Assembly: GCA_963718665.1 (NCBI GenBank)
Contig: OY970359.1
Location: 864,001-928,000, forward strand
DNA from: an uncultured Phycisphaerales bacterium
Lineage (GTDB): Bacteria; Planctomycetota; Phycisphaerae; Sedimentisphaerales; Anaerobacaceae
Direction: 5' to 3'
DNA: 64,000 nucleotides
The translations under genes and the position numbers were made by a program. The notes beneath the pieces are model-generated. The model saw nothing but the letters and a program-made list of their open reading frames with translations, was not told where the DNA came from and made no database searches. Below, piece after piece: positions 20,389 to 30,587 of the stretch; position 1 is the first letter of the stretch, and every line of letters starts with the position of its first letter.

Positions 20389-21489
20389 ATGCCAGATTTT
20401 GTTACAGGCGTTGTTAAAAAGACATCCAAAGGCAGTTTCGTTTTGCGTGACCCGGCTCGTTCATTCAGGCCCGCCGCCCGTGATGTAGTCATCCCCTCCG
20501 CACTGATGCATAAATGCTCTCTTGTTGAAGGTGCGGCCGTCACCGCAACTACACGCACCGACAGGGGGCTTACGCTGCTTGGAAATGTCGAATCCGTCTG
20601 CGGCCTCACCGTCGAGGAATTCAAAAAACGCACTCCCTATCAGAAGCTTACCGCCGTGTCCCCGTATCAGAGGTTCGACCTTGAAAAATCCGGCGAGCTT
20701 TCGATGCGCATCGTTGACCTTGTCGCCCCGATGGGCAAAGGCACCCGCGGCCTCATCGTCTCGCCCCCAAAAGCAGGCAAAACAACCCTTCTTGCCCAGC
20801 TCGCAAAAGGAATCCTCGCCGACGACCCCAAAGCCCAAATTATCATTCTGCTCATCGACGAGCGACCCGAAGAAGTTACACAGTTAAAACGCGGCATCGT
20901 TGGCGCAACGGTTGTCGCGTCCTCAATCGACCAGACAATCGACGACCATGTCGAACTGGCAGAAATTCTTCTGGCGTATATCAAAATACAGCTTGAATGC
21001 GGCCGTGATATTGTCGTCCTTGTCGATTCCATAACCCGCATGGGGCGTGCGTTTAATCGCAAAGGAACAGGCACAGGCCGAATGATGTCCGGCGGCCTTG
21101 AGGCAGGCGTCCTTGAAATTCCTCGCCGCTTTCTCGGCATGGCCAGAAAAATCGAAAATGGCGGCTCCGTTACTATCATCGCCACCGCGCTTATCGATAC
21201 CGGCTCACGAATGGATCAGCTCATCTTTGAAGAATTCAAAGGCACTGGCAACAGTGAAATCATCCTCTCCCGCTCGCTTGCCGAGCAGCGCATTTTCCCT
21301 GCTATCGATATCCCCGCCTCCGGCACACGAATGGACGAGCAACTCTGGGGCAAAGCTGACAGCAAAAAACTTGCCAACCTCCGCAGGGGTCTGTCTGGCC
21401 AAAACCCCGCCGATGCCCTCAATACCCTCACCGCCGCCCTCCGAAAATACCCCACCAACGCCGAACTCCTCAAAATCATACCTGGTTAA
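20389..21489 (+). CDS. rho: Transcription termination factor Rho (short form)
   Basis: APMGKGTRGLIVSPPKAGKT, LLIDERPEEVT, DSITR, IFEEFKGTGNSE, RIFPAIDI..SGTR. Confidence 0.93.
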   Translation: MPDFVTGVVKKTSKGSFVLRDPARSFRPAARDVVIPSALMHKCSLVEGAAVTATTRTDRGLTLLGNVESVCGLTVEEFKKRTPYQKLTAVSPYQRFDLEKSGELSMRIVDLVAPMGKGTRGLIVSPPKAGKTTLLAQLAKGILADDPKAQIIILLIDERPEEVTQLKRGIVGATVVASSIDQTIDDHVELAEILLAYIKIQLECGRDIVVLVDSITRMGRAFNRKGTGTGRMMSGGLEAGVLEIPRRFLGMARKIENGGSVTIIATALIDTGSRMDQLIFEEFKGTGNSEIILSRSLAEQRIFPAIDIPASGTRMDEQLWGKADSKKLANLRRGLSGQNPADALNTLTAALRKYPTNAELLKIIPG

Positions 21490-21601
21490 TTTACTTCATC
21501 ATTCAATATTGGGTGTTGGACATTGGACATTTATTAAGGATACGACCGAATCCTTCAACTCAAAACTCAACACTAAAAACTCAAAACTAACTTCGGGCTT
21601 T

Positions 21602-22771
21602 TTACTTTTTCACAGGCGTCATCTTTACGAGAATCACATCAAGCGCATCAACCTTGCCTTCGAAATTTTTCGCAGTTGTGCCGACATTTTGCTTCTTCCA
21701 CAAATCCTGTATTTCATAGTTGCCCGCAAGAAACGGAAAATTCGCCCAGTTAATTCTCAGCTTCACCGCCTCATCGCTGTTATTGAAAAAACACACCGCC
21801 CAGCAGCCATTCGACAGTTCCTTCACCCAGATTTGTTTGCCTGGGTGGTCCATAAACTGGTATCCCTGTTTGCCTAACGGGTCCTGGTCAATAGCAATCA
21901 CTTCCTTATTGGTCAGAATATCGCGAATGTCATTCGACATATTTCGCACGTCGTTACCCGCCATCAAAGGCGCAGCTATAACGCACCACAGCGAAAAATG
22001 TGCCCTCGACTCCGCTATTGAAAGCCCTTTATTACCCACTTCGAGCATATCCGGGTCGTTCCAGTGGTCCGGCCCCGCGTACTTTTCCAGCCCTATCTGG
22101 CTCTTCAGGATAAACTTCCACCCCAGCGAATACGTCTCCTGGCAATCATAGCAATTGGTGATATCGCCCGTCGTCCGCCACAGATGCCCTATGTCCTGTG
22201 CCCATTCCCATGGCTTGTTGCTGCCCCATTCGCATAAGCTAAAGACAATCGGCCTGCCTGTCGCGTACAGGGCATTTCCCATTGTCCTGTATGTCTCCTC
22301 CGCGTTTGCCGTGCCGTGATAACACCAGTCGTATTTGAGATAATCAACGCCCCACGATGCATACAATCGGGCGTCCTGGAATTCGTGTCCCCGTCCGCCC
22401 GGAAAACCGGAGCAGGTCTTTGTCCCCGCGCAGTTGTGTATCCCGAATTTGAATCCTTTTGAATGAAGATAATCGCCCAGCGCCTTCATTCCGCTCGGAA
22501 ATTTATTCGGGTCAGGCACAAGATTACCCTGTGCGTCCCTTTCCATCGCTTCCCATCCGTCGTCTATTACGATGTAGTTATACCCCGCGTCCCGCATCCC
22601 GCTTGCTATTAGTGCCTCAGCCGTCTCCCTGATAAGCTTTTCATCGACTTTCATCGCGAACGTATTCCAGCTGTTCCATCCCATTGGCGGCGTAGGTGCC
22701 AGCCCCTTGAATTTCTCCGCCGATGCCCAAACAGGCAAACACAATACAAATAGCACCGCAATCCGTTTCAT
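21602..22771 (-). CDS. Secreted alpha-galactosidase, GH27
   Basis: Signal peptide; TPPMGWNSWN, IDDGW, YLKYDWC, WRTTGDI, WNDPDMLEVGN. Confidence 0.95.
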   Translation of the reverse strand: MKRIAVLFVLCLPVWASAEKFKGLAPTPPMGWNSWNTFAMKVDEKLIRETAEALIASGMRDAGYNYIVIDDGWEAMERDAQGNLVPDPNKFPSGMKALGDYLHSKGFKFGIHNCAGTKTCSGFPGGRGHEFQDARLYASWGVDYLKYDWCYHGTANAEETYRTMGNALYATGRPIVFSLCEWGSNKPWEWAQDIGHLWRTTGDITNCYDCQETYSLGWKFILKSQIGLEKYAGPDHWNDPDMLEVGNKGLSIAESRAHFSLWCVIAAPLMAGNDVRNMSNDIRDILTNKEVIAIDQDPLGKQGYQFMDHPGKQIWVKELSNGCWAVCFFNNSDEAVKLRINWANFPFLAGNYEIQDLWKKQNVGTTAKNFEGKVDALDVILVKMTPVKK

Positions 22772-22863
22772 CTTGTCGCTCTCCTTATCTGGCTAAAAAA
22801 GGGTCCATTCGTTTTCTCGAAAAATAATTATACTCGACACGCGATTAACTGTCCATTGCCGTG

Positions 22864-23125
22864 CCTGCCCCCGCGTCTCGTTTCGCGAAGCAAAACGGCG
22901 GGGGTCGTTTTACGGATTGGACATTTATCCGCCGTAGTTTTAACGAAGGCGGATTGGACATTTCTCCGTCCTCTGCCTTCTAACTTCTAACTTCTCACTT
23001 CTTACTTCTTACTTCTCCCTTCTCCCTTCTCCCTTCTAACTTCTGCCTTCTCCCCTGATTCCCTGGTATCCTGATAACCTGTCTTCCGTCACCTGTCCTC
23101 CGCAGCCCCCCGCCTCCGGCGGGAG
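22864..23125. repeat. Composite repeat tract: REP hairpins plus a pyrimidine-rich heptamer array (CTTCTNM)n and octamers
   Basis: cttctaa cttctaa cttctca cttctta cttctta cttctcc cttctcc cttctcc cttctaa at about 22977-23055, flanked by palindromes. Confidence 0.8.
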
Positions 23126-23281
23126 ATAGGCATTAGCGAGGTCTGAAATAGGCAAACTGCCCATGGCTCGACAGCTATCGGGCGGACGATATTATTCGTA
23201 TAGTACGTCATGGAAAGCGTGAAAAAACAGAACGCCGAACGGTCTTTGAAAAAGTATTTGCGTTAAGCAAAGGAGCTTAAA

Positions 23282-23536
23282 ATGTCGGTTTTAACCTTAC
23301 GCACGGACGGGTCGGCTGCGGTCGGCGAAAGTATAATGAGCACAATCGCTTATGTCTTTGGTGATAATATACGGCCGGAAATAACTCCTGCAATGATTGC
23401 TTCGCTGTCGAATGTTCGCAGAGACAAGATTACCAGGGTTCGCCAACAGCTCGAACGTGGCACATACGACCTTGATGAGCGATTGGATGCCGTTCTCGAC
23501 CGTATCCTTATGGACATCACACCATCGCAGCGATAA
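23282..23536 (+). CDS. flgM: FlgM-like anti-sigma-28 factor
   Basis: AAGGAG RBS; C-terminal VRRDKITRVRQQLERGTY matches the FlgM R.DKV..I...I..GTY motif. Confidence 0.65.
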   Translation: MSVLTLRTDGSAAVGESIMSTIAYVFGDNIRPEITPAMIASLSNVRRDKITRVRQQLERGTYDLDERLDAVLDRILMDITPSQR

Positions 23537-23540
23537 TCGA

Positions 23541-23773
23541 TTAGCCCCCAGTCCTGTGCTGGGGGTCATCCAAATAATATTTAGCCTCGGTATTTATGCC
23601 GGGGTTACTTTATTGCCGGGTCATAAATCCATTCCCTTCCGAATCCGTACTTAGCCCTGTCATCTTCGCCCTCCTGCCCTCGAATGTTTTTGTCGGGGGT
23701 GGCGAGTGGCAGGGTTACCCAATGAACGCACACCTTGTGAGCGTTTGTATATAGCCCCGGTCTCTGGCCGGGG
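23541..23773 (+). repeat. Cluster of four (T/A)TAGCC-headed hairpins (BIME-like)
   Basis: Starts at 23541, 23581, 23651 and 23751; each is TAGCC(C/T)...GGG(G/T), and the third carries a nested CCTGCCC...GGGGG element. Confidence 0.75.
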
Positions 23774-23844
23774 GACAATCGCGAGGTTCGCTTTCTTTTA
23801 ATCGCGGCTTTGCACGCGATTTGCCTGGTTCGGAAGGGGCCGCG

Positions 23845-24384
23845 TTATAAACATGAAGTAACCATTGCATAATTGCCTGTGTCTGGTTTTCCCATATAAT
23901 GGTTGTTACCTATGTCCTGGACTAATCTGCCGAGAGGCAGGCAATGCACGGTTCTTTGCGATACAGGCATAGCATTTATTATAAACAGACCTGCCAGAAC
24001 GTGCTTTAAAGAATCGTTGGCGACGGGCAGAGCGCACCTTCCGGTATCATAAGCAAATTTTAGAATCGGCTCATCTTTGCGAAATTGCCGAGCCATGGCA
24101 TAAGCCAAATCGAATTTGCCTTTTAAAAGACATCTTAAGTACGCCTTTGATAGGCCGTTTTTACCCGACATTAATTCATCGCGGTAAACCTGCGCGTAGA
24201 ATTTTAATATATGACTTAGGGGAATCATGTTCTGGGCTTGTTCGGACCAGGGCATGAATGACAAGGACGTAAAATGAATCCAGAACGCCTCTTCTTTTGT
24301 GTAGCCATAACTCATTAGCCGGTTCGTTTGGTTGCGATAGGTGTCGTATAAGCAATCTACCGCATCTGACAGATAACTTACCAT
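23845..24384 (-). CDS. Hypothetical protein
   Basis: 179-aa ORF with an AAGGA RBS, lower GC, no family recognised. Confidence 0.55.
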   Translation of the reverse strand: MVSYLSDAVDCLYDTYRNQTNRLMSYGYTKEEAFWIHFTSLSFMPWSEQAQNMIPLSHILKFYAQVYRDELMSGKNGLSKAYLRCLLKGKFDLAYAMARQFRKDEPILKFAYDTGRCALPVANDSLKHVLAGLFIINAMPVSQRTVHCLPLGRLVQDIGNNHYMGKPDTGNYAMVTSCL

Positions 24385-24660
24385 AGTATATATTCCTTAT
24401 TCACGGTTTCTTTTACGTTTAGCGAAAACATCTGTTTATATAACCGGCCATTGTTCAGGTGATGTTAGTATCTCGTTATTTTTTGTATAGTTAAAGGCAA
24501 CACTTGATTGCCAATTTAAACCACAGATTTCACGGATTTCACGGATTTTTTGCTTTCCTAATAAAAAGAATTGTTTTACATAAGTCCTTTTTTATTAAGA
24601 TGTTACGGCTACGTGTGATCGCACGCCTCAAAAATTTCATAAAATATAACGAAAATGCGC

Positions 24661-24689
24661 TTGACAAAATATAATGGATATGTTATAAT
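24661..24689 (+). promoter_or_regulatory. Perfect consensus sigma70 promoter with extended -10
   Basis: TTGACA(24661)-17nt-TATAAT(24684), with TG at 24681-24682; AAGGAG RBS before ATG 24732. Confidence 0.85.
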
Positions 24690-24731
24690 ATGCACCATAA
24701 TAGAGTATAATGATTTTAAGGAGTATCAAGA

Positions 24732-25319
24732 ATGAAGGTTTTGGAGATACTGAAAAGGACTGAGGAAGAATTAAGAGAAGCGATGGCGGAGGCCGCTCGC
24801 GCCGGTGAATACCGCGATGTTGATATATGTCGCAGCGTTGCCGTAAATATCAAGGAATTGTGCGAACGGATTTCCGGGGATGGAATTAAATCTTCGAAAT
24901 TAACAGAAGAAAAAGAGGGACCTGCAAGCAGAAAAGAACAAAAGAAAGTTGCCAGACGCGGTAAGCCGGAAGGATTGCCAAGAATAGAAATACGGAAAGG
25001 TTCACTTTATAGAATAGGTTGGTCAAAAAAACAGAAAGAGGAATACGAACATAAAGTCCCGCGTACGGCATTTGACACAATAGTAAACACAATGTCTGCA
25101 CTGGCAAAGGAAGGAAGAGGACCTTTTATGGCAGAGGCGATAATTGAAAAAATAAGCGCTACAACAGAGGATTCTATGCCGGCATACCAAGTTTATGTGG
25201 TTTTAGCGGCACTACGTGAATGGAACTTAATCAGCCAAGTTGGACGAGAGGGATACAATATTCCGACGGATGTTGCAGAAAAGGCACAAAACAAGTGGTC
25301 GGAACTGATAGGTAAATAA
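24732..25319 (+). CDS. Hypothetical protein: N-terminal coiled coil, possible C-terminal winged helix
   Basis: Strong promoter and RBS. FMAEAIIEKI...AYQVYVVLAALREWNLISQVGREGY resembles a wHTH (inference). Confidence 0.7.
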   Translation: MKVLEILKRTEEELREAMAEAARAGEYRDVDICRSVAVNIKELCERISGDGIKSSKLTEEKEGPASRKEQKKVARRGKPEGLPRIEIRKGSLYRIGWSKKQKEEYEHKVPRTAFDTIVNTMSALAKEGRGPFMAEAIIEKISATTEDSMPAYQVYVVLAALREWNLISQVGREGYNIPTDVAEKAQNKWSELIGK

Positions 25320-25350
25320 TCAAGGATTTTGAAAAGGGAGGAATCCTAAA

Positions 25351-27723
25351 ATGAATACAAAAGAACTTTGTTTGAGATTGGCAAAAGCCGAATCTGAACA
25401 GGATGTATCAACAATAATAAACAATCATCCAATCTTATCAAAGCAAGAAAATTGGAAACACTACGGTGATGTGGCCAATAATATAGGCACTATTAATGGC
25501 CAAAATCCTGAGCCAGTTCCTTCTCTAATAGAAAAAATTACAAATTCAATCGACGCACTTCTGATTAAAAAATGCTTAATGAAAGGTGATGACCCAAAAT
25601 CTTCTGCCCAATCTATTGGAGAGGCATTGGAGAAATATTTTAGTATTAATGACGCGAAGTACATAGATATGAAAGATTCTCAAAGGAGGGACTTGGCGTC
25701 AAATATTCAAGTCATCGCAGAAGGTTCCCTTGATAAACCCAATATTATAATTGCAGATTCAGGTGAAGGGCAGAATCCACAGGATTTTCCTAATACTTTT
25801 GTCTCATTGAATAAAAAAAATAAGAACGACATATTTTTTGTTCAGGGTAAATACAATATGGGAGGAACAGCAACATTACCGTTCTGCGGAGATAATAGGT
25901 ATCAACTTATCATATCACGAAAAAGTTGGCCAATTAATCAAAACAATAAATACGGCTTTACCTTAGTTAGACGTAATAGGGGGACAGGAGAACATGTAAA
26001 ATGTTCCTGGTATGAATACTGTGTTGATAACGGAAAAATATTTGAATTTGATAGTAGCCCTTTAGAACTCGGATTATTTGGGAAAAAGTTTGAATATGGC
26101 ACCTATATTAAACTCTATAATTATGGTTTAACAAACCCTTCAGATATAACTCTCGATTTATGGCGAGAACTTAACAGATATCTTTATAAACCCGCTCTCC
26201 CCATTTTGTTATTTGAAAGGAGATATGAAAAGGGACGTTATGAGAAGGGTAGAACTCCTACAAAAGTGATGCATGGCAACAGAATGCGTTGTTTTCTTGA
26301 TGATCGCGAAAACGTTGAGAACAAATTTCCAATAAATATAGAATCAGATGACGTTAAATATCCAGGAGAAATATTTGTTTTTAATCGAGATGTTTCGACA
26401 AGGGAATTTATACGAGATATGGCATTAACTTTTTCTGTAAATGGACAGGTGCAACATTCAATAAACAACAGTTTCATAAGCCAGGAATTGAAAAAAGCAT
26501 ACTTAAAAGGCCATATATTAATAAATATCGATTGTTCGGATATGCCAAGAGAACTCCATGAAGATATATTTATGTCCTCGCGATCACAAATGCGAAATAT
26601 AGCTCAATATAGGAATCTGGTTGATAATATTATTAAAGAACTCAAAGATAATGAATACCTTACGGCCCTCGATGAAGAATGGAGAAAAGACCAGATATTC
26701 AAGAATCCTAAGGATGAAAGTTTTTTGAAAAACATAGTCGGCAAGTTATTAAAAGATGACAAGGAAATAGAAAAACTTTTAGGTTTCAACGGTGGGATAA
26801 TCAGCAGCGAATTAACCAAAGTGAAAAAATATATTGAGACCAAACGAGAAAAATTTACAGGGAAAAAATATCCTGCAATTTTTAGGTTCACAAACCTGCA
26901 ACAAGGCAAATACAAAATGCTTCCTCAGAACGGCGAATGTAAGATAAATATCGAAACTGACGTAGAAAATGAATATTTGATGCGTCCTCATGATAAAGGA
27001 GAATTGAAAATAAAAATTTTGAGGCCCCGTTCTGGAATTGAACCTGGTCCAGGCCCTCATCATCCAGCTAATTACGAAGATAGCATTGACGTTAATGTCG
27101 TGGGGCCTAATGAGGGATCAATTAAATTGAGAATAAAACCCAAAAATCCGATTCCGGTGGGCGCACGGATACCTATAGATATTGAAATGAGCTCTCCTGA
27201 TGGGCCACATCACTTAATTGCCGAAGTAGTTATTGATAAACCGCATAACAACTCGAATGAAAAAACTGTCGAAAAGAAAAAAGAATATTCTTTGCCCGAG
27301 CTAATAGAAGTATATAGGGAGAAAAAGGAAAATTGTAAATGTTGGGCAGATTACGAATGGAACGAGACAGATATTTGCCGTATACAGGAATCTAGTCAGG
27401 AAGGTACGCTAATCGATTTTGTCGCAATCAATATGGAATCTCAAGAACTCGACAAGTTTGTCAGATCGAAAAAACTTGAAGGGAAAAAGATAGAGATTGC
27501 ACAACGAACGTATAAAATCTCCGTTTACTTGATATCGTTAGTAATATTTTATGAGCTAGACCAGAAGATAAAAAAGAACCAAGAAACAAACAGATATTCT
27601 GATGATAAATTAAATTACAATCCAATTGAAATGACATCCTATGTGATGAAGGGATTAGCTAAGATTCTTTTGCATGTAATGGCAAATGAAACTTTACTGA
27701 AGGAAATCGAAGATTTGGATTAA
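25351..27723 (+). CDS. GHKL (MORC/MutL-like) ATPase-domain protein, AT-rich
   Basis: Bergerat-fold boxes: EKITNSIDA (N), IIIADSGEG (G1), QGKYNMGGT (G2), GTYIKL (G3); GGAGG RBS; about one-third GC in sampled lines. Confidence 0.75.
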   Translation: MNTKELCLRLAKAESEQDVSTIINNHPILSKQENWKHYGDVANNIGTINGQNPEPVPSLIEKITNSIDALLIKKCLMKGDDPKSSAQSIGEALEKYFSINDAKYIDMKDSQRRDLASNIQVIAEGSLDKPNIIIADSGEGQNPQDFPNTFVSLNKKNKNDIFFVQGKYNMGGTATLPFCGDNRYQLIISRKSWPINQNNKYGFTLVRRNRGTGEHVKCSWYEYCVDNGKIFEFDSSPLELGLFGKKFEYGTYIKLYNYGLTNPSDITLDLWRELNRYLYKPALPILLFERRYEKGRYEKGRTPTKVMHGNRMRCFLDDRENVENKFPINIESDDVKYPGEIFVFNRDVSTREFIRDMALTFSVNGQVQHSINNSFISQELKKAYLKGHILINIDCSDMPRELHEDIFMSSRSQMRNIAQYRNLVDNIIKELKDNEYLTALDEEWRKDQIFKNPKDESFLKNIVGKLLKDDKEIEKLLGFNGGIISSELTKVKKYIETKREKFTGKKYPAIFRFTNLQQGKYKMLPQNGECKINIETDVENEYLMRPHDKGELKIKILRPRSGIEPGPGPHHPANYEDSIDVNVVGPNEGSIKLRIKPKNPIPVGARIPIDIEMSSPDGPHHLIAEVVIDKPHNNSNEKTVEKKKEYSLPELIEVYREKKENCKCWADYEWNETDICRIQESSQEGTLIDFVAINMESQELDKFVRSKKLEGKKIEIAQRTYKISVYLISLVIFYELDQKIKKNQETNRYSDDKLNYNPIEMTSYVMKGLAKILLHVMANETLLKEIEDLD

Positions 27724-27759
27724 GAAAATAGACCCCGACCAATTTTCCCCCGCCCAGTT

Positions 27760-27846
27760 TTCCCTTTCTAACTTCTTACTTCTAATTTCTCACTTCTAAA
27801 TTCTTACTTCTAAATTTTTGCCTTTTACTTTTTGATTTTTGATTTG
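27760..27846. repeat. Heptamer tandem repeat tract between convergent genes
   Basis: ttctaac ttcttac ttctaat ttctcac ttctaaa ttcttac ttctaaa ... ttttgat ttttgat. Confidence 0.8.
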
Positions 27847-27851
27847 AAAAA

Positions 27852-30587
27852 CTACACCACCGGGTACCCCAGTATCCTCTCATACGCCCCAAGGTATCCA
27901 GCCATCATTTTATTAAGGCCCCAGTTATTCCGGGCGTCTCTCATAATTCTTTTCACCTGTTTTTCCCATTCGGCCTGGTCTTTCCTGAAGAACCTGTGGT
28001 TCTGCACGGTCAATTCCAGCCCATACCACAGGCCGCCCGCATCGTAATTCTCGAAAAGCACGCCATTGCCCACGTCCTCCACCCCGCCCATTTTCCTCAA
28101 CTGCAAGGGCACAATTTTATCATGAAACCCGCCCGTATTGCGGTTCGTCGCTGTCGCGCCGAACAGGTTCCCCACCAAATCAATCTGGCCGAATGGCTCA
28201 TACAGCGATGCCCCGAAAACGTCGCTTGCCGCCGCGTAACCCAGTGTGCTGAGGTCATCATTAAAAGGCCAATAGGTGATTTTACCGCCCGATGCGCACG
28301 CGATTTTCCCCAGGATATCCGCGTCGTTCCTGTCGTCGCCCACGGGGTTTCCGACGACCGCGATTTGAACGTCCGGATGCTCGATTACAAACCTCAAAGC
28401 GATATCTTCGAGCAGCTCGATTCCCTTCTGAACGCGGTCCAGCCGGCTTGGCCAATACAGTAAAATCACTTCCGGGTCAACTTTCAGACCCGTTTTCTTC
28501 TGGAATTTGACCAGATTGAGCTTTTTCGCTTCGATAACGTGGTCGTTTATCCCGAATGTTTGTGCGAGTCCCGGCTTATCAACCTCCGCGTTTTCTTCCT
28601 GGTTTTCCGGATATACTGAGGGCGATATCCCGTTGGGGATTGAAAATGCGCAGCCATATCGGTATTTGGCTTTGGTTTCTTTCCTGACGCTCCACGGTAT
28701 GAAGTTCCTGTCTAAGAAGTAATCCTCGATTGTTTCCGCAAGGAACCGGTCGCCTACGTAGTTGACCAGCGCCGCATTTTTTATCGCGCTGGCCTGGCAA
28801 TCGACACATTCCCTGCCGAAGTCGCTGGCGATATATAAGTTGCTCCACAGCTCGCTTAAATTCACCCCGCCAAACATCTCCAGCGGTATATACCCCGTAT
28901 GACTGTTATGTAAAGTGTGAAGGACGGGGATGCTGCGGAGTTTGGCGAAGGCGGTGATGATGCCGCCCGCCATCCAGTCGTGGGAATGAATAATTCCCCT
29001 GCCCTCGTGCTTTGAGAGGATTTCGCCGATGAGGAAGCGTTTAATCTGCCTCTGGAACTCCGCGGCGGTCGCGCGAGGGTCGCCATCGTAGGCGCTCATA
29101 TAATTTTCGAAGAGGGAGGAATCGACCATTTTTATTTTGTCGCGGGGCAGGTGGTATAAATTCTCGATGTACTCCTCTTTGCTCATCCCCGAATGCTCCA
29201 TAAACTTTCTCTGGAGATTGAGCGTGATAATGTAGGTCCTGACGCCCCTGTTGGAAAGCCCCCTGCATAAGGCGGCAACCACTTCGCCCATACCGCCTGA
29301 TTTGCCGGAGACGTATTGTGCGAAATCGCCCAGACCCTTGGTGGGCAGGCGGTCAGTTTCGGGGCTGATGATAATGACGGGGGTCCGGGTGTGTTTTTTC
29401 AGGATAGTGAATTTTTCGAGAGACCTGGCGAGCATCCAGATTTTGTCGGTAATGGTGCGGACGGTTTCACCTATTGTGCCATAGGGGCTGAAATAGGAGT
29501 GGACTGCCTGGTCTGAGCCGGTGCTTTCGTGGAGGAAATAGAGATGGTCCGAGGTGGTGAGGTGTCGCCATTTGGTTAATAACTCGCCGCCCGCGGTTTT
29601 GGCTTTTTTTTCGAGGGCCTGGATGCGGGAGAAGAATTCCTGCTGGGTATTATTGCCCAACCAGCCAAAGGTGTCTCTGGCGGCGTCGGCCCAGGAGGAG
29701 GTCGATAAGCCGTGGATATCGACGACGGGGCAATCGGCGGTTTTGAACAGTTCGGCAACCTCGGTGGGGTTTGCCATTCTGACGCTTTGGTATTTTGCCA
29801 GCTCACTGGGGAGCTTTTTCCAGAATTCGAAGATGCCTTTGTCTTCCCAGATATGTTCGCCGATGTGCTCATAGTCGTAGCCGAGGAGGACGGCTTCGCC
29901 GTCGATTCCGGCAATGTGTTTGGCGTAAAGCTCGGCGGGGACGGGCGTATGCGGAAATCTGAAAGCGATGTCATCGGAAAGCTCCCTGTTGCGGGGGATG
30001 ACGATGAGATTGCCTGTTTTTGCGCGGAAGACGGCGTTTGGTGAGACGAGTTTGCCGTTTTTGCGGCCGAACATATCGTTGCGTTTCTCGCAGAGCATCG
30101 CCTTATATCCCATATCGGCGACGACGTAGGCGATATCGTTATTGAACATCAGCTCGGTGTTTCTGAAAGAGGCGGGCTTGATGCCGAAGAGGTCTTCCAT
30201 TTTGCCCCTGTGGAGGGCGACCTGGTCTCTGAATTCCTGCCTGTGCACATCGGCGAACAGGCTGGAGAGGGAGTGATAATAAGTTTCTTCGAGGAACTCG
30301 ACCTGATTTCTGCTTTTGCCCGCGGTGAGCAACTGCTGAAGGCAGGTGATTACTTCGGGCTCATACATTTGCGCCTGTTCGAGGAACGTGCCGGACATAC
30401 TTAAGGTGATTTTGAATTTGGGATTTTCCTCGATGAGTTTGGTGAACATCATTGTCGCGGGCAGATAGCATTTGTGGGAGACCTTTTCAAATACCTGTTT
30501 GTTCATCTCGTCCCAGATGAACTTTTCCCTGGACGGGTGCAGCCGAAACGGCTGGTGCAGTTGAAAATAAAATGTCGCTATGGGCAT
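27852..30587 (-). CDS. GH57 amylase-like domain fused to a GT5 glycogen/starch synthase
   Basis: Probable start MPIATFYFQLHQP (GH57 CSR-1), then FRNTEL, YDYEHIGEH, TTSDHLY. GT5 part has KSGGMGEV, HSHDW, HTLHN, IPNGI, SRLDRVQKG, SLYEPFG, TGGFHD. Confidence 0.85.
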   Translation of the reverse strand: MPIATFYFQLHQPFRLHPSREKFIWDEMNKQVFEKVSHKCYLPATMMFTKLIEENPKFKITLSMSGTFLEQAQMYEPEVITCLQQLLTAGKSRNQVEFLEETYYHSLSSLFADVHRQEFRDQVALHRGKMEDLFGIKPASFRNTELMFNNDIAYVVADMGYKAMLCEKRNDMFGRKNGKLVSPNAVFRAKTGNLIVIPRNRELSDDIAFRFPHTPVPAELYAKHIAGIDGEAVLLGYDYEHIGEHIWEDKGIFEFWKKLPSELAKYQSVRMANPTEVAELFKTADCPVVDIHGLSTSSWADAARDTFGWLGNNTQQEFFSRIQALEKKAKTAGGELLTKWRHLTTSDHLYFLHESTGSDQAVHSYFSPYGTIGETVRTITDKIWMLARSLEKFTILKKHTRTPVIIISPETDRLPTKGLGDFAQYVSGKSGGMGEVVAALCRGLSNRGVRTYIITLNLQRKFMEHSGMSKEEYIENLYHLPRDKIKMVDSSLFENYMSAYDGDPRATAAEFQRQIKRFLIGEILSKHEGRGIIHSHDWMAGGIITAFAKLRSIPVLHTLHNSHTGYIPLEMFGGVNLSELWSNLYIASDFGRECVDCQASAIKNAALVNYVGDRFLAETIEDYFLDRNFIPWSVRKETKAKYRYGCAFSIPNGISPSVYPENQEENAEVDKPGLAQTFGINDHVIEAKKLNLVKFQKKTGLKVDPEVILLYWPSRLDRVQKGIELLEDIALRFVIEHPDVQIAVVGNPVGDDRNDADILGKIACASGGKITYWPFNDDLSTLGYAAASDVFGASLYEPFGQIDLVGNLFGATATNRNTGGFHDKIVPLQLRKMGGVEDVGNGVLFENYDAGGLWYGLELTVQNHRFFRKDQAEWEKQVKRIMRDARNNWGLNKMMAGYLGAYERILGYPVV

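Noticed and set aside
23151..23240. c-di-GMP-I riboswitch upstream of the flgM-like gene (GGCAAAC...GGACG)
   Set aside because: Lacks the GAAA tetraloop and the GACGCAAAGC continuation. An Rfam RF01051 search would settle it.
23541..23773. Possible CRISPR array
   Set aside because: The units differ in sequence and length, spacing is irregular and there are no cas genes. They fit REP-like hairpins.
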